From Catajapyx aquilonaris (lineage: Eukaryota), in contig JYFJ02000721.1 of the NCBI GenBank assembly GCA_000934665.2, positions 1 through 64,000 of the forward strand: 64,000 nucleotides of DNA, given 5' to 3'. Below the pieces are notes generated by a model. The model searched no databases. It was not told the origin of the DNA and saw nothing but the letters and a program-made list of their open reading frames with translations. Numbering within the stretch: the stretch's first letter is position 1; the number at the start of each line of letters is the position of its first letter. Made by a program: the position numbers and the translations under genes. Positions 25,401 to 38,200 of the stretch are shown piece after piece.

Positions 25401-28400
25401 TTTTTTTCATTAACGGTCCTACAGGGTGTCAACTATCACTAATTCGCAGATCCCGAGAGAATTCCAAACAAAATCTAAAGTCTTTTATTTGCAAATTCAC
25501 TCATTTACAGCTTTGAATTCGCAAAAAATGCGGTTTTTGATTAACAAAAAAATGTTTAAATACAATTGGATCCAACTCGTGTACAAGAGTCAGTTGTGAG
25601 ATGCACAATTGGCCACATTCAGCCTATTGAACTGATGGTCCTTTGAAGAGTTTATCCGACAAATGGCTTTGAAGATAAAACCGATCAGTCAACTAAAGCG
25701 AGAGAAAAAAAACCGGCGAGCACCTTTAATTTGATACCACTGCAAATTTCGCCTTCAAAAAAAAACTACACACGAGCTCTAACTGGTCCCCGTCTATTCG
25801 TACAGTGTGACTGAAAATTCTGCATATTTTAACTCAAAAATGGAAAGAGAATTTTCACGATAATGACCTCCCCCCCCCCCTCATTTTGTTAACGACCTTG
25901 CATAAATGACATTTTAACCTCCTCTGTTTGCATAGATACTGCGTGATTCCCTTGACAGAACTCTGCAGTTGTACTATACTATACTGCACAACGTTTATAT
26001 CTGCCTGACTTTAGCAACATCTGTGTTTTATAGCGTAACTTTCAAGCTTAAGTTATGCACCGTGACATGTCAGACAACGTATACAGATAGTACAACACTA
26101 AGGTTGCAGTTTGTATGTTTTGACTTAGATAATTTTGCACACTTGGCATTCCCTATGGGGTCGAATGTCAAAGATTATTCAAATTTCTTCCTCTTTTGTG
26201 TGATTGGGGCTGGGGAAACGTCATAACTGGAATTCAATCCTCGATTGTTCTCAAGCCCGCAAAGTCGTTTTCTCAAGAGCTGTGAAGGAATGACGGAGCT
26301 ACAGTTTGAGCCTCTGCAAAGTTAAGTGCGTGATAAATTATGCAAACAAAGCTGGTGAGAAGCCGTCCGCAGCTTATTATTGCAGATCGATTCAAAGTAT
26401 TAGAGAATTTAGTTCATGCACTTCCCTAGATAATTTTTTGTGTGCTGTTGTTGCGTTGTGTGTTAAGCAACAATGTGTTTGACACAAGGGTGACACTTCT
26501 GACGGCTGTTTAAAGCCTTCCTGATTGGCCAGATTTTTTTTTTTCGGAGCATCAAGCCTTGTCTGCTTCTATCAACATTTGGGCTCACCACACACTTTTG
26601 TATGCAAAAAAAGTTAAACCCATTTTCAACTATGCACGACACTTCGTTGTGACGTTGAAAATTGCAAAGGACTGCAAAAAAAAAAACTGCGTACGATTGA
26701 TTCATTATGTAACTACCGTTTAGTGGGCTCAACCATGCAATTTTTGTGATAAATATTGATCGCGATCGATGCCACTGTTATTTAGGGATTTCAATGTGAC
26801 ATTGTACAGTTTTGGGAATACAAGCGAAGGGCACAATTTTTTTTCTGTACAAACTTTTCTGTTTAGTGTTGACCAAGCGTGAAATGATTGAGCCGATTGG
26901 GAACGAAACAGCTGAAAATCCTCGCAACAATATGTTGGCGTAGTAATTCAAACGAGATGAGCAAAAAGCGAGGCAAAAACCAACATTATGTCGTGTAGCC
27001 GCGAACGCCACTCCGATTATCCATTTGATTTCAAACGGCTTTAGTGGCCGTATAAAGTACACCGTAAATGACAATTACAATTACGAAGAACTGTCCGCGC
27101 GTTTTTCAATGGCCGCGCGATGTAGACTATTATCAATTTATTAAGTCAAACTAATATTAATTCGGGGCAAGTTATCAATGAATCGGTGACGTATAGAGGT
27201 GGGAAAAAATTAATGATTAATTAATTTAATCACAGCCATTGTTTCCATGTTTGTAATTACGACGGATGCGAGTGACATGTCACATTCGAAGCTGTATTTA
27301 GACATGTTGTTTGATGACCAATTAATTTTATGGAGGGATCGGCAATAAATAACATCTTCCCCGCAATATTCTGCCGCTTTTGTTATTATGATGTGTTTAA
27401 GAGCGATTTATCGTAATTTATTTAGCAATTTGCACGGCATTTACAGGCCAAAACTATACGCTAGGTATATATAGCCTGCTCTATAGAGTAGGCCTCACGT
27501 TTTAAAGTGTAGGCATTTTTCATACAGCAATTTGCATATATCATGTTGCATGAGGATTTTTGTATACTGTACAGTTAAAACCAGGTTCCTACGTACTTGA
27601 GATATATTACGCCTATCATCCTACTTAAGTGGGGAGATTAATATATTCACGTTTGATATTCATGCGGCACATGATGTCGTGTACTACTGCTACACAGTTG
27701 AGGATTAGGAATTAACAGTAATCCCACAATTTTTTTCTCAGCAGTTCAAGTACAGTACTTCTGAAGTTTATTGAATGAGTCAGGTTGCAAATTGCAGATT
27801 TTTTTAAAAAATGTGTTTTTCTATCCACATTTTATGTGACTCGTGCGCTTTTACCAAGATGGATTACATTAAATCTCTCCAGGTCATTTTGGTGAGCTTC
27901 TAACTGAGCATTAACTAGCACATTGCTGGCAAGTGTCATACAAAATGTTGTAGTACGCACTTGCATCGCATGAAAATTAAAATACTGCATATCAGATCAT
28001 TACAAGTACTTTGGTATGGCCAATATGGCGTGTGACACTCTCATTAACGATGCAAATTATTATAGGCCTGCAAAAGTATGTTTCGCAATGGCTGTAATGA
28101 TCTCAGGAAAATTATTCAGTCAATGTACTAAAAATAATTGCTTTCAGGTGACGAGCCTGCATATTCCCCGTATACTGTACAGCTCGAGTTCCGAGGCCCC
28201 ATTTAGGCGATTGGTCATTGTTATTAATTTTTGGCAGCAATAATTACGGCCAAGTGGGTCTCGCTATAGAAAAAGTCGCTCTATTCCGAAAAATATTCTG
28301 ATTGAAGGCCTCTTTCAGCTGTATTTAGTGCAGGTTACGGTCTTACAGACAGGTTTTACTGTAGCATGTAACTTAATATATTACATACAGAGGAAACCAC

Positions 28401-29126
28401 TTAATTATAAAAACTTTTACCACATAACTTTCTGGTATAAATTATGGTCGTCTGGACCGCATGTCATCAAACTCCATTTCTCAATAATTTTTCTATAGTG
28501 CAAATTACAAAACACCAATCATACGCAGGTTTCACTCTATTACATACAAGTTGATGCGAAATTTACGCAAACCTCTGGGATTTACGCCGCGCCGGCCAAT
28601 TTCTAATCACGATTTTTCCTTGTTGATTTTGGCTAGTTAATTGCTGAGTAAATCGCCTGTAAAATTTAATGTTTCGCACCACTCCGTACATATAATTGAG
28701 CAGGGGTTGACATGGAAAAGGGAGTAAGTCACAAATTGAAATGTTCCTCAAAAAAAGGAAGAAAAATGTTAAACTCATAAACTGCTTTTGAATTTTCATG
28801 ACTTATCAATTTTTTTGTGCAATCTGCTTCACGTGGTTCTCAAAACGTTTTTTTTTTTCTAATCCTCCTTTAAAAAATTATTTGTGACTTACGCCCTTTT
28901 TCATGTCAACGCCTCAATTATTAATTACGTCTTAATTTGCGTTCATACCCAACTTTCAATCATGCGTAACTACTGTCGCGTGCCATTATTTTATCTATGC
29001 AAAAAATTCGCAAAACAATTTTAATATCAGAAAAAAGAGCGCTGTACAAACCTGAGAGGACCAACAGGTGTTCCGGAATGTCGTTATTCTTCAGATCGGC
29101 GAGCTGGATGATGACAAGTGACTTGC

Positions 29127-29269
29127 CTATAATATAGTTTGTGTGTGTACAATTTTCGCGCAATTGAACCCAGCGACAGGGGGACAAAAAAAAAGAGAGA
29201 AAGAGTTGTCCAGAAAATCCCCCCGATCGACGACGACTGCTGGTTGGCCACTTCCCGCTCTTCAAGAGT
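29127..29269 (-). other. Candidate non-coding first exon of AstB with a GC donor
   Basis: Begins at an Inr-like CCACTC (A at 29269), 28 nt downstream of a TATAAAA. Ends at AG|GCAAGT (GC at 29126-29125). It would splice to the acceptor at 16770. Confidence 0.5.
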
Positions 29270-29444
29270 GGTCCAAAAGAACCGGCGGGGTTTTATACCC
29301 GGAAACCTCTCTTTGTGTCAACGGTGCACAAGTTACGGGGGTGGAGGAGGAGGAGGAGGAGGGGAAGTGACGTCAGAAGAAGTGTTGTGGCGACGGCGTG
29401 GCACGGCCGTGGTTCTGGATTGGTCGGAACTAGAAGCGACGTCA
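29265..29444 (-). promoter_or_regulatory. Putative Pol II promoter of AstB: CRE-like / CCAAT / CRE / TATA / Inr
   Basis: On the - strand: TGACGTCG (29444-29437), CCAAT (29423-29419), perfect CRE TGACGTCA (29368-29375), (CCT)n tract, TATAAAA (29297-29291) and Inr-like sequence at about 29269. The region is locally GC/CpG-rich. Confidence 0.6.
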
Positions 29445-29764
29445 CACTTCATGCGTGTTGTAGGAGAAAGGTTTGGAGGTGCCCCGCGAATAATGTGGTA
29501 TCGAGAGAGAGAGACAGCATTTCGATATGCTGGGGTGAGGGACAAAGAATCGATAGGGTTTAATTCAATTCACGGTCAAGTACTAAGTCACTTTAGCCGC
29601 TTCTGATGTAAGGGAGAATCGATAGGGTCAGATGAAATATGCATTATGGTGGTGGCTGACCTGCCAGTGGGTTGTCTGACTGTTTGGAAAGGGGTCTAAC
29701 TTAGGATCATTTTGTTCCCCCCACTCGATGACAATGCTTTTCTGCATTTCCTTCATTGAGAACA

Positions 29765-30130
29765 TACACTCTAAGAAATGTCCGGGTTAAATGTATTTAT
29801 CCCGGAAAAAAGATCACTTTTGTCATGGTTATTTAACCCGGACATTTCTTAGTCATGGTTATTTAACCCGGACATTTCTTATAGTGTAAAAGATCACTTT
29901 TGTCATGGTTATTTAACCCGGACATTTCTTAGCCATGACTAAGAAATGTCCGGGTTAAATAACCATGACAAAAGTGATATTTTTTCCGGGATAAATATAT
30001 ATTTAACCCAGGCATTTCTTAGAGTGTATAGAGTGTATACACTCTAAGAAATGTCCGGGTTAAATAACCATGACAAAAGTGATATTTTTCCGGGATAAAT
30101 ATATTTAACCCGGACATTTCTTAGAGTGTA
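29765..30130. mobile_element. Cluster of 4 full or partial copies of an ~89-bp MITE (non-autonomous DNA transposon, CAC...GTG termini, TA flanks)
   Basis: The intact copy at 30040-30128 has 26-bp TIRs (CACTCTAAGAAATGTCCGGGTTAAAT) flanked by TA. An inverted copy at 29767-29886 carries a 30-bp internal duplication. Two truncated copies lie head-to-head around 29935. Confidence 0.8.
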
Positions 30131-30970
30131 ACGTCAGACATCACTATATTAAAAATTCAGCCAGTCGTATACAGTGCTGGACATAAATGGTGTATTCGTG
30201 GCGCCAGCTGCCAGTTACGGCAAAAAGAGCGAATCAAAGTACCGCTTCAATTCACTATTTTGCCTCCAACGGATAGTGACGCCACCAGTACGACACCAGA
30301 AGTAATTGTCTCAAGCAGCACAAGAATAAAAATTATTTATTATAATAACGCAATGTTTGTAAATAACTTCATAATTATTATACTGTCAATACTGATTAAT
30401 TTTTAAAAAAAATTAAATTTACTAATACATTTTTTGCGGTCGTTGCATGTTTTCTTCTGATGAAAATCCAGTACAAGTCTACTTATTAGGTTGACAGTAA
30501 CTACTCATCTGTGGCACTTGTACTTCTATTTACGTAATTGCACAATAGGTTTTTTTGGTAGAAGTTTTGCAATGAAATAAATTATTTCCAGCGGATACAT
30601 TAGACACAAAATAACCATCGATTAATTATAATTATGTATCTACACTGTACAGTATACGCGCTTAATATTACGTCAATTTGTGTAAGTGTACGAGCAAAAC
30701 ATATACTCATCAACAGTCGGAAATGTTGAGAATCGACGAGTATTGTTTTTTTGCCGGACTATTTTCCTAACTCGGGGGGTGCCCTTCAGGAGCTTAGACA
30801 TGAAGCGTATCTTCTCGCTGCATATCAATGAGCAGTTTCACTTCACCTCAGTCGATCAATCTTCGCCAAGTACGTTTGTCAAACACACTGCGAGGGACGT
30901 ACAACCACAGCATACCGGTATTACAGTAGGCTATTAGTGACATACTGTAAAGTAGAATTAATTTTATTGT

Positions 30971-31074
<104 letters not shown>

Positions 31075-32104
31075 TGCCTAATAAGCAGATTGAGCAAAAC
31101 TGTAGGCTACCGATTCTGGCAAGTGTTTGTACATATTGAATATTCACTAATTATCTTGGACACACCTGTTAGGTCTCACAAATTATATTGATGGAAAAGG
31201 TACGCAGGTCACTTACCTGGCATTTACCCAACTTTAGCAGAGCAGAGAGAAACTGACTGGGAATGTCAATGAAAACATTTGGCAATGTACGGTCCCCTGC
31301 AGCCTCTCTAAAGATAATGTCAATTGATTTGGAAAAATAAAGTTGTGGCAACCTAACTGATGGTTGTCACATTTTTCTCGAAATTCTAATGCGAAAATCA
31401 TTACTAATCCGGCTAACCACTTCAATTATTATTCTTGGAACTAATTGATATCACAAAATAATGGGATCAAAACATAATGACATTTCATTGCCTCCATTTG
31501 GTAAAAAATTACAATTTGGGGCTTCATCATTTAAATACTTGTGTATTTAACCTTCTGTTTTAAAAGGGGGCACTGTATGCCATCATGATTTATGGAACTA
31601 TGGAAGGAATCTCTCGGCAAAGCTGTTGGCACAGTATCTTGAGCTGTTTGCGGAGCAGACACACAGCAGATTTCCAGCTAATTAAATATTAACACACATT
31701 ATTGAAAGCAGTGCAGCGCCTATTATTTTCACTGCATAAAACTTCCCTCTCTCGCCCATGAAGTCACGTCGGTATAATATTTGAGATGCCAATTGTTTCA
31801 CCAACAATACAGTTCATTAGCCTATAGTGAGCCGTTGACTGATGCAGATTGCCTTCCAACACTAGTACAAGCGACTGCGAATTAATAGAGACAATTTGTG
31901 GCATTTGAGCTTTTGGGTGCAGGCATTTGCTTGTGCGTATAAACTTGTCATTATCCTAGAATCCTCAACCAAATAAGCCTTTTAGAAGCTAATTAGAAAA
32001 AACCCTCTCTCGGCGCACCGTCGCAGTGGTGGGGACGGGGTGGGTGGGAAGGGGAAAAGTCGAGGTGACGGGAGAGACAGCGATGTTTGCCTGCCGCCAG
32101 TCAG

Positions 32105-32240
32105 CAAGCAACTGAATAGGTCCTCTCCCCATTGCGCATGCGTCGAACGGGGCCAATCGGAATAGTCGCACAAACAATATACGGCTGGCCAATCGGAAGC
32201 CTTGCACATACAAGGATTTTAACATTATACGTATAAAAAT
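32105..32240. promoter_or_regulatory. Second promoter/enhancer-like motif cluster
   Basis: GGCCAATCGGAA occurs twice (32151-32162 and 32187-32198). NRF1/Ewg-like TGCGCATGCG at 32133-32142. Minus-strand Inr TCAGTT at 32115-32110 and plus-strand TATAAAA at 32232-32238. Confidence 0.4.
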
Positions 32241-35200
32241 GAAAGCCGTAGACTATGAACCACTTGTTCTGGATTTACCGCCTCTTTCACTGCTGAATTG
32301 GGCACCAACCCGGCTCAGATCTGCTGCAGAAAATTAACCACATAATGTTAGACAAAGGGATAATAGTGAAGCTTGATAAAATCCTGGGGCCTCTCTCTGA
32401 AAATGAGCTCTGTCAAGTGCAATTCGCAGATGGTTGGAAACGCGTATCCCGAGAGGTTTTTGTCCAGGATTTGCGTCGATTAGCAGCAAAGGTATATATA
32501 TATGGCAAGCCTAAGGGAGAGAGAGTCTCCTCCTAAATCGTCGCCCGTAAAACCGGAGGGAAGCGATCCCCTGAGAGCCCCCGGATAATATCAGATGAAA
32601 GTTGCATCAATCGCCCCTCGCGTCCTATAAACATCCACTTTGATGGGTTTGTTCGCAGGACTCCTGTCCACTGATAAGAACGGACACACACACACGAAAA
32701 AAAATAAGGAATTTCGATTGGATCAAATCGGAAAACAGATTTCTCCGAGATTGAATTCTTAACCAGGGAGCCAATCCGTGGGACGAAGTGGAAGTCGCAA
32801 ACATTTCCCAGGGACTGGTCATAATTGCAGGATTATGCAAATTTGACCCCTCCTCGTTAAGTTGAGGGTGTGCAAAAATGGGCGTCTGGCAGCTTAACCT
32901 GATTAAGAGTTTCGTTGGGAAATGCCAGGGTATATACTGTGATGGCCACCTGTGGCATAAAATGGCTTAAAATGGCGTACGATTGGTACTTATATACTCC
33001 CAAAGCGGGTTAGGGACAAAAACGTGTTGATCGATTTTTATATTTCCGTGTTTTAATCCTCTGAACGATGCTTCTGTGGGGAGAGCCTGAAAATGCCAAT
33101 ATTTTTTTTTTTTTTTTGGAAACACAATTATTCGAGAATCGTGTGCGATCCGAAATCGCGGTATTTTGGCACATCTCCCGCGGAGTTCGTTTGAACAATC
33201 AATAATAACTAAACTAATAAATATTTAATGGCCGAACTTTGCTTCTGTCACGAGGATTATTGGCCACAATTATTGGAATTTCGAAAGGGATGGTTAATAC
33301 CACAGTTCGATAGTGTCTGGGAAGTTTTAACTATAGACGAAGATTATTGAATTGATAATGCTGTGCAGTAATGGGATTGTTAAACTCATGACAAGAGTAC
33401 ATTGACATGTTTGAATAAATGTGACAATTTATTTGTTATTAATTTGTCACTGGATTTGCTTTTCATATCGCAGCTTGTGAATTGTTGATTCAGGTTTTAA
33501 TAATGATATTAATTAAATTCAAATAACAATGATTATTTCACGTGGGTGGATCTTCTGACGGTGACATCACATATTACAGTAATTCCCAAATTCACGTAAC
33601 TTATGCGAAATTAAAATGACATCGTTCAGTACATCTTATGGCACGTCCCATTTTTAAATAAAATTATCCATTTAGAGTGTTCTATGGCATGCGATAATTA
33701 TATTACGTAATCTCATTCTGGTATGGCCCATCAGGATGTTTCATCATAAAATAATCCCAATAGAGAGAAAATTGTCCGATGCTATAAATTTCCAAGCATT
33801 CCATCGGACCTTTGGTTGCAAAAAATAATAATTAAAATATGATATTAAGAAGAAAAAAATTGCATATAGAAATTTCAACCACTGACATAAAACACGCTCT
33901 AAAAGTATTGTGTCCAAATGTGATACATTTCATGTGTGTATTATTCTTTGTACACGTACTAGTGTATGATGAAGACAATTTGTGTACAGAAATGTATCTA
34001 ATGTCCACAATGCAATACACAAATTTGCAGCACAACGCTGCGAACCATGGATACACATTGTTTTTTTTAGAAAGCATGATGAACATACAACGTGTATAAC
34101 TAAAGGACGTAACTGCCAATAAAATAATTTTTGCTTTAAAAAGTATGACGCCTTTATTGGAATTCCACTGTCCTCGAATCCTGTGTAATGAACACACTGC
34201 ATGAACTGCAACACTTGTCACTTGACAACATCAAAACCGGGTCCGCTATGAACTGCCCACGAATTTCTAGACGCAGCTGCTAAATTTCCAACCACATTTA
34301 TACACTACTATAACCCTTCAAACCCTCCAGACCCTACCTCGATCATGCCTGCACCGATTTCATGCATTTTGTGTGTCCCTTTTTTTTAATAAAAAAAATG
34401 CCATCCCCTTTTTCGTGACGAATGGAGAAATCGAGGGTCACGTGGGTGTCGTGGGAATCCCCATGTTTATCCATCCATTACTCTTCCTCGATATATTTTA
34501 TACTCCGTGTTTTTTTTTCATCTCCTCTTTCCTCCAAATCAGATTACAGCAATGCCACTCGCGGTAGGTAATCCGTAAATATGGAGCCGAGTTGGCCTGG
34601 CATGAATATATAAACAGGGGAAAAAAAGGTCTCCCATCGAGCCCCTTGTATACAATGTCGGTTCCCGAATATCAATGCAGCAAATTTTTCTCGGGATGCT
34701 ATCTGGAATAAATGAGTGTTGGTACACCAGAGATGTGGTCGAAAGTGGAAAAAAATGGGTCTGAAGCTGCACTTAGTTGTTTGTCGATGGAACCATTTTG
34801 GAGGGGACTATAGACTTTATGGAGCCCATCATCTGATTTTTAAACGCCAAACAGCATTGTTGTGTAATCACACACACACACACTGGAATCATATACAGGC
34901 AGGGAAATTATAGCATGGAAAAAGTGCGAAATAGCGTTACTATATTCGTAAAACAATGTTGTGATTTTAGTAAAATGCAGATTGATACATGCTCAAGCTT
35001 TTGCTGAAATTTTGTCGGTAAAATCAAATCAAACTGTAATTCTGCCTGTTTCAACCTGTGATTTGGTGCATTCAAATTTTTGGTGCAATATTCTCCAGAG
35101 ATTTCATATAGGAAATTCCTGCTCGTAATATGAAGCTGTAAAAGGGCATTGCACTGTGTTTCACTGTAATAACAATTTAGCCCACATGCCTTTACGAATA

Positions 35201-38200
35201 GGAGGAACAAAATTGTATTTACAATCCCTTCTTTTATAGCGCCGGACATTTTATAGCCATATGGGGGCGAGGGAGTCGCATTTTCTTTTAAATGTGTGAA
35301 GAAGCTACTGCTAAAAAAAATTTGAACCTACAGTACGACACAGGTCATCTACTCCCTGCGAGCCATCTGGTCTCAGCTCGAACTCAAATCCTATTGCTTC
35401 ACATATGCTCAAAATCGTTTTTTTTTCTTTCTCTCTCATATTTTTTCACTCCACTTTTGAGATCCAAGTTTAATACGCAAATTTGATACCCAAGATTTAT
35501 GACGGGCACGTGTGTCAACTTTCATTAGGGGCCAATGTGTTTCATATCCTCGGCGTTTTCAACGTAGGTGTAATCCATGTTTTTTTGGGGGGATGGTGTC
35601 TGATCCGATAATTAGCGGAGCTTGTTCCGACCGCACTTTTGAAGCGACGCAAGAGCTGGCCAGGAGGATTCGGCGGGGGAGGATTACACGTCCCCCAAAT
35701 CCTCAAGGCAAACTACGATTTGATATACACTATCTTCAGCAAACACCTGATGCTAAGGGCTTATGAAATGAAAAGATTAACAGCCAGATATTAGGTCTTG
35801 CGCGGTAATTAATTGGACGTGTTGGGTTTTCTAATTATCAAGACTGCGTTTGAGATTGTTGGTGCATATTGATTCTATGGATTATTCGGAAGTACTGTAT
35901 GTTATTAATGTGGCAAATTTTTGTACTGTACATACGATTATTGCTCAAGACTGCATGTTAAAGATCTCGATGTCAAAAGACACATGAGAGAATAATCAAT
36001 CACTTTCCGCTGAGTGTCTCAAAGAGGCTTCCTTCTTTCTTTTTTAATATCGGAATTTTCTTCTTCGTAATGATAAATAATGTATGGTAAAAAAGGATGA
36101 AAGTGTGTGACACATTCATGGCATAAAATTGGTTGCAATATTCTTTACCACGCTTATTTATAGTTACTTTGAGAATAACATGAGCTACTTCGAGTTTTTA
36201 TATTAATTATAACTTTTTAGTAGGCACAATGGAAAGCCAATGGTGTACAAAATGTTAATGAGCCTTTATTAAATCAGATAAATTCCTGCATGTAGAAATG
36301 GTTTGTCTCAATCTCAGTAATTCAAGTGTCAATATATCGAATAGTCTAACGTTAGGATTGGTAATTAAAATGCACTATGTCTGCCAATAAATTACAGCAT
36401 AATGCATAATTGCATTATGTTAATTCGGGTTAATATTCAGTGACATACGGTCAAAGGTTAAAAGCTCCTCTTCCAACTCATCTTGTTTAATTCTCTAAAG
36501 GCCAAACGTTATAGCCCCCCCTTTTTACTGTGGGCACGAATTTCTGCACTGACCACTCGATCCATCTTCTCATTAACGATACTTTGAAACAGCACTGCTG
36601 TGGACTGATAAAACTGAGAAAGTTAATCAATTAGCAACTTTTTCTCTCAAACATTTCAGCCTGAAGCAAGGTCCTTTAAAGTTTAAATGGACTTTATTCT
36701 CTGGTCACTGTATAGCCTTTTGTTAATACATCTATTAATCAATATAGCTTCAGTTGAACTTGTAAATTGAATTTTACTGAATTATTTTTATAATAATGAT
36801 TTGTGGCACATTTTGGCCTGGAATGTCTTATTGGCATACAGAAACTGATTCGTTACGTTTCGCAGTAAGGATCCCTACATTGCCGTGGGCTGCTCGCCTT
36901 TTGCATCGATTGATTTCACCAACCCCCTTTCTCTTTCCCATTTCCATTGAAAAAGTTTTCCGAGGCAGACGCGGAAAATGTGGGAAGCTGCGGGCAATGC
37001 GACGCCAAGGGTTTCAAAGGTGTAAAACGAGAGTCTACACGGTTAGTTAGGAGGCCGGAAAGTTGGGTTTGATTTTTTGTATATATGTGGGTGTGCCCAA
37101 CACCCACTCTTCTCCTCTGGACGAATGATCCGAGAGAGAAAAGGGGGTGCCTACGGGGTTGTACAGTACAGCACTTCGAAAAGGCAGAAAGTGTCGCATG
37201 GACCCACTTCAGAATAGCCTGAAGTTATGGACAAAAAAAAATGCGTAGAATTAAACCCGGATTTTGCAGGAAGTTTCTCCTTGACTCAGTTGGGGATCAT
37301 GTCCTGTAAAGGTCAGGCAGTTTGTAATATATGCGTCCGTGTGACTATAGCCATACGTACCTGTCAGAACCGCTGCTTAATCGAGTGCGAAAATTCACAT
37401 CTGCCGGTACCGAGCTCATTAATGTTTGAGCCAAACGAGCTTTCAACATCCGCCAAAATTTTTCGAAACAAGACTCATGTATCACGCACGCATTTTTCCG
37501 CTCTTTGAGGTGTGATCGAGTGCGTCTGATAAACACTTCCAAGGAAATTAATAACTGCCGGTGTACACGTCTCCAAGCATTTCTATATAAGGGGAATGCA
37601 TGTGCGCTATGTACAGGGTGTGCCATAATTTTACAAAGAACCTTAAGTCCATTATTTGTGTCATTTTGAGAAATTTAAACTTTTGTTGGCATCAAACACA
37701 TAGATATGGCTTTGGAAAAGCGCTCCGATTTCTGCGCTTGGACTTTTTGGTGTGTTTGAAAAGGTTGGAAGTACCATAAGCTACCAATGATGTCGTCAGC
37801 TAATTTTTATTGAAAAAGGATTTCTGAAACGTTGGATTCCGCCACTTCAATTTGGCTGTATAAATAAAATTATTTGCATTGGAATTCGTGCAAATCACAA
37901 CGACAAAATTAACAGTACTTGCCATTATTGTCGTTTGTAACCGTGACCTACGACAAGGTCATATTGGAGGTTACATCTAATCCTCGACCATGAAAGTTTT
38001 CCTCGATCCCTTACACTTTGCATGAAGGTTACGCGGTCGAAAATGGCGAATTTTCTGAGGACGCGGGAGCTTTTCGGAGGCGAAGGACAGTGTGTAACCA
38101 AAACTACCTAAGAGTTATCCTCTTTTGAACTTGGGAGGCTTTAGATGCTTCCATTCCGGCTCTTTGCTGGGGACCTCGTAAAGGAAAAAAGAATGGAGCT

